Source: Heptranchias perlo
Lineage: Eukaryota
NCBI RefSeq assembly: GCF_035084215.1
Contig: NC_090340.1
Span: forward strand, 5,456,001 to 5,520,000
Direction of reading: 5' to 3'
Length of the DNA: 64,000 nucleotides
The stretch's first letter is position 1. Each line of letters begins with the position of its first letter. The notes below the pieces were generated by a model, which was given only the letters and a program-made list of their open reading frames with translations, was not told where the DNA came from and ran no database searches. Shown piece after piece: positions 37,945-50,928 of the stretch. A program made the translations under genes and the position numbers.

Positions 37945-38845
37945 CCTCATTCTTCCTTCCAAAATGCATCATTTCATACTTCTCTGCATTAAATGTCATT
38001 TGCCACGTGTCTGCCCATTTAACCAGGCTGCCTATGTCCTCCTGAAGTCTTTTACTAACCTCCTCACTGTTTGCTACATTTCTAAGATTTGTTTCACCTG
38101 CAAACTTTGAAATCCAGGTCATTAATATATAGCAGAAGAGCAGTGATCCTAATACCTAACATTGGGCACCACTATATACTTCCCTCACGTCTGATAAAAC
38201 AACCGTTGAACACTACTCTCTGCTGTCTGTCTCTAAGACAAATTCGTATCCATGCTGTCGCTGCCCGCATAATCCATTTTGTGGCAATTTATCAAAAAAC
38301 GTATGTACGTCCATATACAACGTCAACTGCACTACCTTGGTCAAAAGCCTCCGTTATTTCATTGAAGAACTCAATTCAATAAGTCAGGCACGGTTTGCCT
38401 TTAGCAAATGTGCGTTAGTTGTCATTTATTGGCTGTCATTTGTTAAGCCATGTTTTTCTAATCGACAATTAATTTTGTCCCGAATTATGGTCTAAAGATG
38501 TTTCCCCACCACCGACATTAGGCGGACTGGTCTATGTTTACCTGGTCTATGTATCTCCCCTTTTTTTGACCAGAGATTAAACATTTGCAGTCCTCCCGTC
38601 CGTGTATGCACTCCCATATCCAAGAAAGTGTTCCACTTGTCCCACTTCATTCTCTAGAACTAGATCCAGCAGTTCATCCTTCATGGTTGGGCGGTAACCA
38701 CATTGATCAGGAACGTTCTCCTGTACACTTTTCAGAGTCTCCTCCTCGTCCTTGCCCTTTACACTGTTTCCTCCCCACAATGTATATGAGGATAATTGCA
38801 ATCTCCATTATCACTACTCTATTGTTGCTACATCTTTCTGAAATA
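37945..38845 (-). mobile_element. Degraded CR1 fragments
   Basis: SKFAGETNL...WADTWQMTFNAEK and ELLDLVLENEVGQV motifs. Confidence 0.75.
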
Positions 38846-39399
38846 TGATGAACAATTCACATGAGTTGCAGGAATCCAAATACGCAGGACAAAGTCGTAT
38901 CCTTATCAGTAATAGTAGTCGGAGGCAGTACAGATGTCATTCCTTTGCTTCCGTTCATCACTTTGTTAAGTAGTTAATTTCTCTTGCCACAAAATGGCCG
39001 CTCCATGGAAGTTTATGTCTGAACTCAGAAGCCCCAGTTGTTACCAAAAAAAGCAGCCGCATCCAGGATGTCTAGGTATTCTGCATTATCAGGCTTCGTG
39101 CCGCAGTAATCTATTGCTTTTGCGTTTTTGTCACCAGGTACTGCTCCCCTTTACATGGCCCGCTCAGCAATAAGTCAATGATTTGAGGATCCACTGGCAC
39201 AGACAAAAAATTAGAGAATCCGCCACCGCTTTTATTTGATGGGTGGCAGGTGAAGGGACTTCAAGATAGGTTTATGTAACATTAATTTACAAATTATTAA
39301 TTTATTGTTTTAAATTCTTCTTTCTCACATACTTCGCCAATTACTAATTAAAGTGAGTTGCAGTCTCCAACTGAGTAACGCCTTATATTGAGTATGCTG

Positions 39400-39945
39400 T
39401 AATCTGATAAACCTCCGTATGGAAATATCGCTAATCAGCCACCCTCCATTCTTTTCGCGTTAATTCTGAGTCCGTGCTCCTTGTTACCAGAGAATCTGTC
39501 ATTACTCTCCATAACAGAAGCTTTCGATAACTTTTAAAGGCTCCATTAGGTCTTTGTCAATCTTCCCTGTTCCGCTGGAGAAAACGCTCACCTGAATCGT
39601 TCTTCATAGGTCCAAACCCGTATTCCTCACAGCACTCTACAAAAACCTTGTTTGTCCTCTCACAATGGCAACAACACACTTTGCAATAATGGAATTGCCT
39701 GAACAGCACGCAATGCTCCAAATCATAGAATGATAGAATAATACAGCACGGCAGGAGACCATTCTGCCCAACTTGCCTGTGCTGGCTCTTAGAAAGAGCT
39801 ATCCAATTAGTCCCAATCCCCTGCCCTTTCCCCATACCCCTGCAATTTTTTCCACCTCAGCTATTTCTACAATTCCCTTTTGAAGGTTTCTATCGAATCT
39901 TCTTCCACCACAAAGTCTGGCAGTGCATTCCAGATCATAACAAGC
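39400..39945 (-). mobile_element. CR1 3'-end fragments
   Basis: WNALPDFVVEEDSIETFKREL and a CR1 3' UTR with an (ATTCTATG)-like tail at about 39721. Confidence 0.7.
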
Positions 39946-39959
39946 ATATGGCATTGGAA

Positions 39960-42900
39960 AGAGAAAACAAGTTCAAAAAGGATTGGGAGAGAAAGATAGC
40001 GCTCGAATAAGAAATAGTACGATATTAGGTGGGAGCAGATTAAGACGGAGTACAAGAAAGGCTAAGATTGGTTTAACGAGCATGTGTGTAAACGCATTAA
40101 GCAGGATAAATAAGATTGGAGAGCCGCAAGTGCAATTAACTACTTGGGAATATGAAGTTGTGGCGATAACGGAGACCTGGCTCAAAAAAGGGCAGGATTG
40201 GGTTCTAAATATTCATGGATACAAGGTGTTCAGGAAAGATAGGGAAGGAAATAAAGGAGGGATGGCAGTATTTATTAACGAGAACATTGCAATGCTTGAG
40301 GAAAAGGATGTCCTGGAGGGGTCAAGGACAGGGTCTAATTGGTTAGAATTAAAAACAATAGAGGGCCATTAAACGACTGGGTGTTAGCTACAGGCAACCA
40401 ACTAGTGGGAAGGATACAGAGGAGCAACTTTGTACGGAAATTAGAGAGGTGCAAAAGCCATACTGTTGTGATAAGGGGGGACTTCAACTATCCCAACATA
40501 GACTGGGATAGTACTAATATAAGGGGCAAAAAGGGGAAGGAAATTTGAAATGTGTTCAGGAGAACTTTCTTTACCAGTACATCATTACGTTTCCAGCCCA
40601 ACAATGAAGGAGGCATTGCTGTATTTGGTTCTGGGAATGAGGCGGGCCAAATGCAGTAAGAGTCAGAGGGGGAACATTTAGGGAAGAGCGAGCGTAGTAT
40701 CATAACGTTTGGTATTGCTATGGGAATGCACATGGACCACTCTAAAGTACAAATACTCAATTGGAGGAGGGCCAATTTCAGTGGGATGAGAACAGCTCTG
40801 GACCGGGTAAATTGGAATCAAAGATTGGCAGACAAAACTGTAATAAGTGGACATTAAAGAGGTCATGGTTCGGGTACAGTCTAGGCACATTCCCACGAGG
40901 CAGAAAGGTATGGTAACTAAAGCCAGAGCTCCCTGGATGACAAAGGAGATAGTGGCTAACGTGAAACGGAAAAAAGAGACGAATGGCAGATGTCAGGTTG
41001 ATAACACATGTGAGGACTAGGCAGAATATAGAAAGTTCAGAGGGGAAGTGAAAAAGGAAATAAGAGGGGCAAAGGGAGAGTATGAGAATAGACTGGCAGC
41101 CAACATAAAAGGAAATCCAATAGTTTTCTACAGCCATGTAAACAGTAAACGGGTAAAAAGAGGACGGGTGGGGCCGAACAGGGACCATAAAGGAGGTGTA
41201 CTCATGGAGGAAGAGGGAATGGCTGAGGTATTAAATGAATACTTTGCATCTGTCTTTATCAAGGAAGAAGATGCCGCCACACTCTCAGTAAAGGAAAATA
41301 TAGTTGAGATACAGGATAGCTAAAAATTAATAAAAAGAGGTACTTTAAAGGTTAGCTGTACTTAAAGTAGATAAGTCATTCTGTCCGGTTGGGATGCACC
41401 CTAGGCTGCTGAGGGAAGTGAGAATGGAAATTGCAGAGGTACTGGCCATAATCGTGCAAACATCGGTAGATACGGGGGTGTTTCTTCCATAGGCATGTAA
41501 GCAGTAAACGCATAATAAGAGGAGTGTTGGGGCCAATTAGGGACCAAAAAGTGATCTACTCATGGAGGCAGAGGGCGTCGCTGAGGCACTAAATGATTTC
41601 ATTGCATCTGTCTTTACGAAGGAAGAAGACGCTGTCAGAGTCTCAGTAAAGGAAGATGTAGTTGAGATGCCGGCGGGAGTAAAAATCGATAATGAGGAGG
41701 TAATAGAAAGGCTGGCTGTACATAAACTAGATAAGTCACCCAGTGCGAATGGGATGCATCCGAGGTTGCTGAGAAAAGTACGGGTGGAAATTGCGCAGGT
41801 GCTGCCCATATTTTTCGAAAACATCTTAGATACGGGGGTGGTGCCAGCGGATTGGAGAATTGAAAATGTTCCACCATTATTCAAAAAAGGGTGCAAGGAT
41901 AAACGCAGCAACTACAGTTTAACCTCGGTGATGGGGAAGCTTTTAGAAACGATAATCTGGGACAGAATTCGCAGTAGCTTGGACAAGTGTGGATTGATTA
42001 GGGAAAGCAGCACGGATTTGTTAAAGGCTAATCGTGTTTAACTAACTTGCTGGAGTTTTTAGATGAGGTAACAGAGAGGGTCAATGAAGGCAATGCAGTT
42101 GATGTGGTGTATGTGGACTTTGAAAAGGCGTTTGATAAAGTGCTGTATAATAGGCTTGCCATCAAGATTCAAGCCCATGGAATAAAAGGGGCATTAGCAG
42201 CATGGAAGCGGAATTGGCGAAGTAACAGGGATTAGAGAGTGGTGGTGAAGGTCTGTTTTTCAGACTGGAGGGAGGTGAATCATAGAATCATAGAACATTT
42301 ATGGCACAGAAGGAGGTTATTCGGCCCATCGTGTCCGAGCCGGCCGAAAATGAGCCACCCAGCCTAATCCCATTTTCCAGCACTTGGCCCATAGCCTTGA
42401 AGGTCGTAGCACTTTAGTTGAACATCCAGGTACTTTTTAAATGAGTTGAGGGTTTCTGCCTCTAACACCCATTCAGGCACTATGTTCCAGACAACTATCA
42501 CCCTCTGGGTGATTTTTTTTCTGCAACACCCCTCCAGTCCTTCTACCAATTACTTTGAATCCATTCGCCCTGGTTATTGACCTCACTGCTAAGGGAAATA
42601 GGTTCTTCATTTCCACTCTATCTAGGCCCCTCATAATTTTGTACACATCAATTAATTCACCTCTCAGCCTCCTCTGTTCCAAAGAGAACAAGCCCAGCCT
42701 ATCCAATCTTTCCACATAGCTAAAATTTTCAGCCCTGGCAACATTCTTCTAAATCTCCTCAGTACCCCATCTAGTGCAATTACAACCTGCCTGTAATGTG
42801 GTGACCAGAACTGTGCACAGTACTCAAGCTAAGGCCTAGCTAGTGTTTGATACAGTTGCAGCATAACCTTCCTGCTCTTATATTTTGTGCCTAGGCTAAT

Positions 42901-44748
42901 AAAGGAAAGTATTCCATATGCCTTCTTAACCAACTTATCTACCTGTCATACTACCTACAAGGATCTGTAGACATGCATTCCAATGTCCCTCTCTTTTTCT
43001 ACACCTTTCAGTATCCTCCCATTTATTGTGTACTCCCTTGCCTTGTTTGCCCTCCCCAATCACATTACCTTACAATTCTCCGGATTGAATTCCATTTGCC
43101 ACTTTTCTGCCCACCTGATCACTCCATTGATATCGTCCTGCAGTCTATAGCTTTCTTCCTCACTATCAACCACACAAACATTTTTTGTATCATCTGCAAA
43201 CTTCTTAATCCTGCACCCTACATTTAAGTCCAAATCATTAAAATATATCACAAAAAGCAAGGGACAGAGTACTGAGCCCTACAGAACCCCAATGGAAACA
43301 GCCTTCCAGTCACATAAACACCCGTCGACCATTAACCTTTACTTTCTTCCACAGAGCCAATTTTGGATCCAACTTGCCACTCTCCCTTGGATCCCATGGG
43401 CTTGTACTTTTTTAACCAGTCTGCAACGTGGGACCTTGTCCAAAGCCTGGTAAAAATCCATGTGGACTACATCAAATGCACCACCCTCATCGACCCTCCG
43501 TGTTATCTCCTCAAGAAATTCAATCAAGTTAGTTAGACACGACCTTCTCTTACCAAATCCATGCTGCCTGTCCTTGATTTCCCCATGCCTTTCTGAGTGA
43601 TTGTTTAAACTGTCCCTCGGAATCGATCCCAACAATTTGCCCACAACCGAAGTTACACTGACTAGCCTGTAATCACTCGGTCCATCCCTCGCTCCCTTTT
43701 TAAACAATGGTACAGCATTAGAAGTCCTCCAAACCTTCATGACGAGCGGTGTTCCCCAGGGGTCGGTACGAATACCACTGCCTTTCTTGTTATATATTAA
43801 TGACTTGGACTTGAGTGTACAGGGCATAATTTCCAAATTTGCAGATGAAACAAAAGTTGGAAGTGTAATAAACAGTGAGGAGGATAGTGATAGATTTCAA
43901 GGGGATATAGACAGGCTGGTGGCATGGGCGGAGATGTGGCAGATGAAATTTAATGCAGAAAAATGCGAGATTTTATATTTCGGTAGGAAGGAAGAGGAGA
44001 GGCAATATGAACTAAAGATCACAATTCTAAAAGTGGTACAGGAACAGGGCGATTTGGGGGGATATGTACACAAATCTTTGAAGATGGTCGGGCAGGTTGA
44101 GAAAGCAGTTAAAAAATCACACGGAATCCTGGGTTTTATAAATGGAGGTATAAAATACAAAAGCAAAGAAGTCATGATGAACCTTTACAAAACACTGGTT
44201 CGACCACAACTGGAGTATTGTGTCCAATTCAGGGCACTGCACTGTAGGAAAGATGTGAAGGCCTTAGAGAGGGTGCAGAAGAGATTTACTCGAATGATTC
44301 CAGGGATGAAGGGCGTTAGTTACGTGGATATACTGGAGAAGCTGGCGTTGTTCTCTTTGAAGCAGGAAAGGTTGAGAGGAGATTTGATAAAGGTATTCAA
44401 AATCATGAAAGGCCTAGACAGAGTAGATAGAGAGAAACTATTCCCATTGGTGGAAGGGTCACGAATAAGAGGACATGGAATTAAGCTGATTGACAAAGGA
44501 ACCTAAGCTGACATGAAGAAACACTTTTTCACACAGCGAGTGGATAGGATCTAGAATACACTGCTCGAGGGGGTGGGGAAGGCATATTCAATCATGGCTT
44601 TCAAAAGGGAACTGGATAAATACATGAAAGGAAATAAAAAATTGCAGTGCGATGGGTAAAGGGCAGGGGAGTTGGACTTGCTGGATTGCTCTTGAATAGA
44701 GCCGAATGGCCATCTTCCGTGTTGTAACCTTTCTATGATTCTATGATT
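39960..44748 (+). mobile_element. Composite CR1 LINE (APE plus RT; internal duplication or two fused copies), interrupted by an antisense CR1
   Basis: VVAITETWL, GDFNYPNIDW, VPADWRIENVPPLFKKG, and a 255-aa RT C-terminal ORF at 43739-44506. Tail TTCTATGATTCTATGA at about 44731-44746. Confidence 0.9.
42279..43738 (-). mobile_element. CR1 LINE nested antisense inside the 39960-44748 CR1
   Basis: It has its own tail (ATCATAGAATCATAGAA at 42279) and RT motifs RSCLTNLIEF and KKFADDTK. The host sequence resumes at SGVPQGSV (43739). Confidence 0.88.
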
Positions 44749-45289
44749 TTATGGCTTAGCATAACGGCCTTACTGTTGTATTCAATGCCTCTATTTATAA
44801 AGGATCTCGTACGCTTTTTTAACAGCCTTCACAAGTTGTCTTACTACTTCAAAGATTTGTGTACGTACACACCCAGGCCTCTCTCTTCCTGCACCTTCTT
44901 TAAAACTATACTTTTTAGTTTATATTGCATATCCTCATTCTTCAAATGTGATTTGTATGATGTCTTGTTCAAGTTTAAAATTGTTTTGCTTCTTTTATAT
45001 TTAGTTATCTAATAAATGAAACAAAAATCTACATTTTTACCTTTTTCACCGCCTTTTCTCTCTGTACTTCAAACTTCTAAGTATTACATGGGTGCCTCCA
45101 ACTGGATGCTCACTCAAATTTCCTATTTGTGGTCCGGATGCATGCAATTTTACCCGGAAAACACAAAGATAAACATTTACCACAAATAATTTTTGAAAGG
45201 TATTCTGTTAATAAATTTATAATATTAGATTATTAACAGAATAAAAGAACAAACCTAGTGCAGTCGACACTATTACGTCCTCCTCACAA

Positions 45290-48113
45290 ACTCGAGGGGA
45301 AGTTTGCAACAATTGGGAGAGCTGTCACACAGACCAGTCAAGCAACAGTCTGACATAGCCATACGCACAGAATCATATCTTTCAACCAAAGTCCCAGACT
45401 CCTCCATCACCATCCCTGTACATGACATGTCCCACCGGCAGGACAGCCCCACCAGAGGTGGTGGTACAATTATATGCAGTCAAGAGGGAGTGGCACTGGG
45501 AGTCATCAACATTGACATCGGACCCCATGAAGTCTCATGGCTTCATGTCAAACATGGGCAAGGAAACCTCCTGCTGATTACCAACTACCGCCCTCCCTCA
45601 GCTGATGAAAGAGTACTCCTCCATGTTGAGCAAAATTTGGAGGAAGCACTGAGGGTATCAATGACACAGAATGTACTCTGGGTGGGGGACTTCAATGCCC
45701 ATCACCAAGAGTGACTCGGTCGCACCACTACTGACTGAGCTGGTCGAGTCCTGAAGGATATAGCTGCCAGACAGGGCCTGCGGCAGGTGGTGAGCGAACT
45801 AACATGAGGGGAAAACCTAATTGACCTCGACTACATCAATCTACCTGTAACAGATGCTTCTGTCCATGACAGTATTGGTAGGAGTTATCACCGGACGGTC
45901 CTTGTGAAGACGAAGTCCCATCTTCACACTGAACACACCATCCCAATGTCTTGTGTGGCACTACCATCGTGCTAAATGGGATAGATTCAGAACAGATCTT
46001 GCCGCTCATAACTGGGCATTGACGAGGCACTGTAGGGCATCAGCAGCAGCATAATTGTTTCCATCACAATCTGTAACGTCATGGCACGGCATATCCCTCA
46101 CTCTACCATTACCAACAAGCCAGGAAATCAACCTCAGTTCAATGAGGAGTTTGGGTGAGCATACCAGGAGCAACACCAGGCGTACCTAAAAATGAGGTGC
46201 CAACCTGCTGAAGCTACAACACAGAACAATATACATGCTAAACAGCGGAACCAGTATGCTACAGACACAGCTAAGTGATCCCACAACCAACGGATGAGAT
46301 CAAAGCTCTGAAATCCTGCCATATTCAGTCGTGAATGGTGGCAGACGAATAAGCAACTAACGGGAGGAGGAGGCTATGTGAACACCCCCATCCTCAATGA
46401 TGGCAGAGCCCAGCACGTGAGTGCAAAAGGCATGACTGAAGCGCTTGCAACTATCTTCAGCCAGCAGTGCCGAGTGGACGATCCATCTCGGCCACATCTG
46501 GAGATCCCCACCATCACAGAAGTCAGTCTTCAGCTAATTCGATTTAATCCACGTGATATCAAGGCACGGCTGAGTGCACTGGATACAGCAAAGACTATGG
46601 GCACCGAAAACATAACGGCTGTAGTTCTGAAGACTTGTGCTCCAGAATTAGCCACTCCTCCAGCCAAGCTGTTCCAGTACATCTAAAACACTGGCATCAA
46701 ACCGACAAAGTGGAAATTTTGCACAAGTACGTCCTGTCCACAAAAAGTACGACAAATGCAATCTGGCCAATTACTGCCCCATCAGTCTACTCACAACCAT
46801 CAGCAAAGTGATGGAAGGTGTCGTTGACAACGCTATCAAGCGGCACTTACTCACCAATAACCTGCCGGCTGATGCTCAGTTTGGGTTCCGCCAGGACCAC
46901 TCGGCACAAGACTTCATTACAGACTTGGTCCAAACATGGACAAAAGAGCAGAATTCCAGAGGTGAGGTGAGAGCAATTCCATTTGACACCAAGGTAGCAT
47001 TTTACCGAGTGTAGCAGCAAAGAGCCCTGGTAAAATTGATGTCAATGCGAATCAGGGGGAAAACTCTCCAGTGGCTGGAGTCATACCGAGCACAAAGGAA
47101 GTTGGTATTGGTTGTTGGAGGCCAATCATCTCAGCCTCAGGACATTGATGCAGGAGTTCCTCAGGGCAGTGTCCTAGGCCCAACCACCTACAGCTGCTTC
47201 ATCAATGACCTTCCCTCCTTCATAACTTCTGAAGTGCGGTTGTTCACTAATGATTGCACAGTGTTCAGTTCCATTCGCAATGCCTCAGATAATGAAGCAG
47301 TGCAGCAAGAGCTTGACAACATTCAGGTTTGGGCTGATAAGTGGCAAGAACATTCACGCCAGAAAAGTTCCAGGCAATGCCCATCTCCAACAACATTGAG
47401 TCTAACACCTCCCCTTGACATTCAACCTCGTTACCATCACCGAAACACCAACATCAACAACCTGCGGGTCATCATTAACCAGAAACGCAACTCGTCCAGC
47501 CACATTAATACTGTGGCTACAAGAGCAGGTCAAAGGCTGGGTATTCTGTGACGAGTCACTCATCTTCTGACTCCCCAAAGCATTTCCACCATCCACAAGG
47601 TACAAGTCAGGAGTGTGATAGAATACTCTCCACTTGCCTGGATGAGCGCTGCTGCAACAACACTCAAGAAGCTCGACACCATCCAGGTCAAAGCAGCGCG
47701 CTTGACTGGCACCACACCTACTGCCTTAAACATTCACTCCCTCCACCACCGACGCACCGTGGCTGCACTGCGCACCATCTACAAGATGCACTGCAGCATC
47801 TCTCCAAAGCTTCTTCGACAGCACCTCCCAAACCAGCGACTCTACCACCTAGAAGGTTAAGGGTAGCAGGCACATGGGAACAGCACCGCTTGCACGTTCC
47901 CCTCCAAGCCACACACCATCCTGACTTGGAAATATATCGCCGTTCCTTCGCTGGGTCAAAATCCTGGAACTCCCTGCTTAACAGCACTGAGGGAATACTT
48001 TCACCACACTTGGTTCAAGAAGAAGGCTCACCACTATCGTCTCTAGGGCAATTAGGGATGGGCAATAAATGTTGGCCTTGCCAGCGACACCTACATTCCA
48101 TGAATGAATAAAA
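45290..48113 (+). mobile_element. Family B LINE, nearly complete but disrupted ORF2 (APE plus RT)
   Basis: TESYL, YRPPS, VGDFNAHH, QFGFRQDHS and GVPQGSVLGP motifs; 3' end CCATGAATGAATAAAAA. Confidence 0.9.
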
Positions 48114-49662
48114 ACAATTATAAATACACCATAAAACCTTAAATTCTGGCACAACCGAGTTAACATAATTTCATTAAACAACACTGACCTTGCGGTTTGG
48201 TACTTACACACAAAATGCAAAAATGAACACTCAACGGCTGTAATGCTACTGACCTAACATGAACCACAGGAACCATCCGCACAACAGCGTGTTGTGCATC
48301 ATGTCCTATTCAGCCGAGCATAAAAGCAAATGGAAAAATTGTAGAACTGATCTGTGGTCAACAAGTGCAACTTTTTCCACTAGGGCTTTCACACTGTTTC
48401 TCGTTGATTGATATTGTTATTTGTCAAGCTAAGCGTTATAAAAGTTCAGACTTCCAGCTTTTGCAGATTTTTTCGTGAAATTGGATAATAGCCAACGCTC
48501 TTTACAGCCAATAACAAAATAAACTGGATCTTCTCCTGATGCGAAATGTTAATGCAATACTAAGCTCAGCTCAGCCAATAGCGCCGGTTTGGTGAATTAT
48601 GTGCAACAGACTGGAGCCATCTCTGATTCACGACTTCACTTTCTTGGGGAAACGGCCTATTGCTTCTGTGACCCTCATAATGTCGGAGCTGATGAGTGTT
48701 TGCTGTGGAAAATGAAAGATTCACGGTGGATTTCTCAGTGGTTCCTGGACAAGATTCGCCAAAGTTAAAGGGGAGTTGGGAAGAAACGCTGCGGAAATTC
48801 CAGCTGAGTAAAATGAAACAAACGCCCAAGAACGGTTTCTCGGCGACACTGATTAACTATAAGGACCATAATTTCCAATAATTATCAATATTGTATTATT
48901 TTATGTCCATGCACAATAACCCATTTCATAAGGCAAGTATTTTTGGGATATAAATTTGTGATTTAATCAGTTTTAAATTTGTGATTTATGTCAGTTGCTA
49001 AATTAGCCTTGGGATCTTCCTATCCCCAACTGAATTGAGAATTTCTTTATTTTGTCTTCTTGATGAAACGGCGACGTTGGCATGTATCATTGACAGGAAA
49101 TTGTAGATATAAATGTTCAATGAAATGTTAACCAAATATCTGTATTGTCCTTGGGAACCTGCTAAAATAATAAGCGATAGAATTTCCGCGGGGCTTCCGC
49201 CGATATTCCCCCAAAGTTACAGTGCGATATGGGGGGACAAAACCGTGAAAATGCGCCCCCATTTTCATGTTGGGATTATCTACTATGGGGTGATTTGAAT
49301 TTCGGGCGATCGTGTACAAAGATTAACACTTCTTAAACTGCAGAGCAGGGAGTGTTAGACAAGCGGGCAAAAGTGACTCAACAGCGATCCATCTTCAACC
49401 CAATTTTGCTCCAATAGTTTCTTTAGTGTCCAGGAGAACCTACCGATTTTTTTCACCCAGACTCAGCGGACTGGTTCTCCAGGTCGAATGAATCACACTC
49501 TCAAACTATTTGTCTTCCGTGAGCTCTCGAGTTAATTCAGAACCTGACTGACGAGTTATAATGCCACTTTATCACTGAATCTAATGTAACAGTAGCCTTA
49601 GAGTTCCCAAGAAAATGACGAATATTCATTGTACATAAAATGCCCTCAAATGTATAAAAGTA

Positions 49663-50279
49663 TACATTGGCGAGACCATGCAGACGCTGCGACAACGGAT
49701 GAACGGTCACCGCGCAACAATCGCCAAACAGGAGGGTTCCCTCCCAGTCGGGGAACACTTCAGCAGTCATGGACATTCATCCACCGACCTTCGGGTAAGC
49801 GTACTCCAAGGCGGCCTTCGAGACACACGACAACGCAAAATCGTCGAGCAGAAATTGATAGCCAAGTTCCGCACCCATGAGGACGGCCTCAACCGGGATC
49901 TTGGGTTCATGTCACGCTACACGTTACCCCACCAGCGAACAAATGTTATCTGTTTTTAATATAATGGGTCATTTGCTGGCTTTCTCTGCCTTCCGGATGT
50001 TTCTGCCTCTCTCTGTGTTTTTTCCTGTTTGTTTTTTTGTTGAATGTGTATTCGGGGGTTCTGCAGGTGACACCTCTCTGTCTGAACACGGTTATTGCCT
50101 TGGCAACGGGCAGTTGCAGGGGCATTCTGTAAACACCATGTATTGTTCTATATGTATAAATGCGTAGGCTTCGAGGAGCTCCTGAACATTTACCTGAGGA
50201 AGGAGGAAGCCTCCGAAAGCTTGTGAATTTAAAATAAAATTGCTGGACTATAACTTGGTGTTGTAAAATTGTTTACAAT
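49663..50279 (+). mobile_element. 5'-truncated Penelope-like element (GIY-YIG endonuclease C-terminus) with a 12-bp TSD
   Basis: YIGETMQTLRQRMNGH...PVGEHF...EQKLIAKF...GLNRD, flanked by TGTATAAAAGTA at 49651-49662 and 50280-50291. Confidence 0.88.
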
Positions 50280-50738
50280 TGTATAAAAGTAACCCGAAGA
50301 TAAATTTGAAACTGTACACAGATATTCCATTCGCGACCGAATTACCTCCTATCGCAAAATTGAATCGTTCTATCAAGTCATGGAACTGTAGGTCTATCCC
50401 CCAAACTATGGGACGCCCTCGCTCCAAATTGTGTTTGCTACACGACTTAGCCGTATAGATAGGACTTTTAGAACTCAGGCGATCCTCTTCAGGTCAACTA
50501 TAGTCTCAATAAACAGATGCTGCAGAATCAATTAGTTCTAAAAACACGGAAGACATACAATATTCGTCCCTCGTGGCTGGTAAAGAAATTTTGATTTGTG
50601 GACTTGTAAGCTCCATATACAATTTTAAAAAGCTCCACGGTTTTTGATATTAATACAGCCTCCTGGTTTCTGCTACCGTTTTTGCTCACAACTGCACCCG
50701 AAGTTCGTACCGTAAACGACATGCATTTCTCCAATCCA

Positions 50739-50805
50739 CAATTAAACAGTCATGTGATATCTGATGACACATAATTTTGAGATCATAATCGATACACAGC
50801 CGCCC
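50739..50805 (+). promoter_or_regulatory. Conserved proximal promoter block of receptor gene copy 2
   Basis: Identical 26-mer with the TCATGTGA E-box, plus a GC box, shared with 21099-21167. Confidence 0.6.
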
Positions 50806-50873
50806 ATTCCTCAAACCTTCCTCCATACTGTTTTAATTCACAGCGGATAATCTACCGTATTTCATTGCTCAAT

Positions 50874-50928
50874 ATGTTTATGAGTGGGTCACTTTGGCGC
50901 ATATATTTCCTGGGCATTTTCTATCCTG
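50874..50928 (+). CDS. Copy 2 exon 1, signal peptide (MFMSGSLWRIYFLGIFYP)
   Basis: Homologous to 21236-21290; donor G|GTAGAT. Confidence 0.8.
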
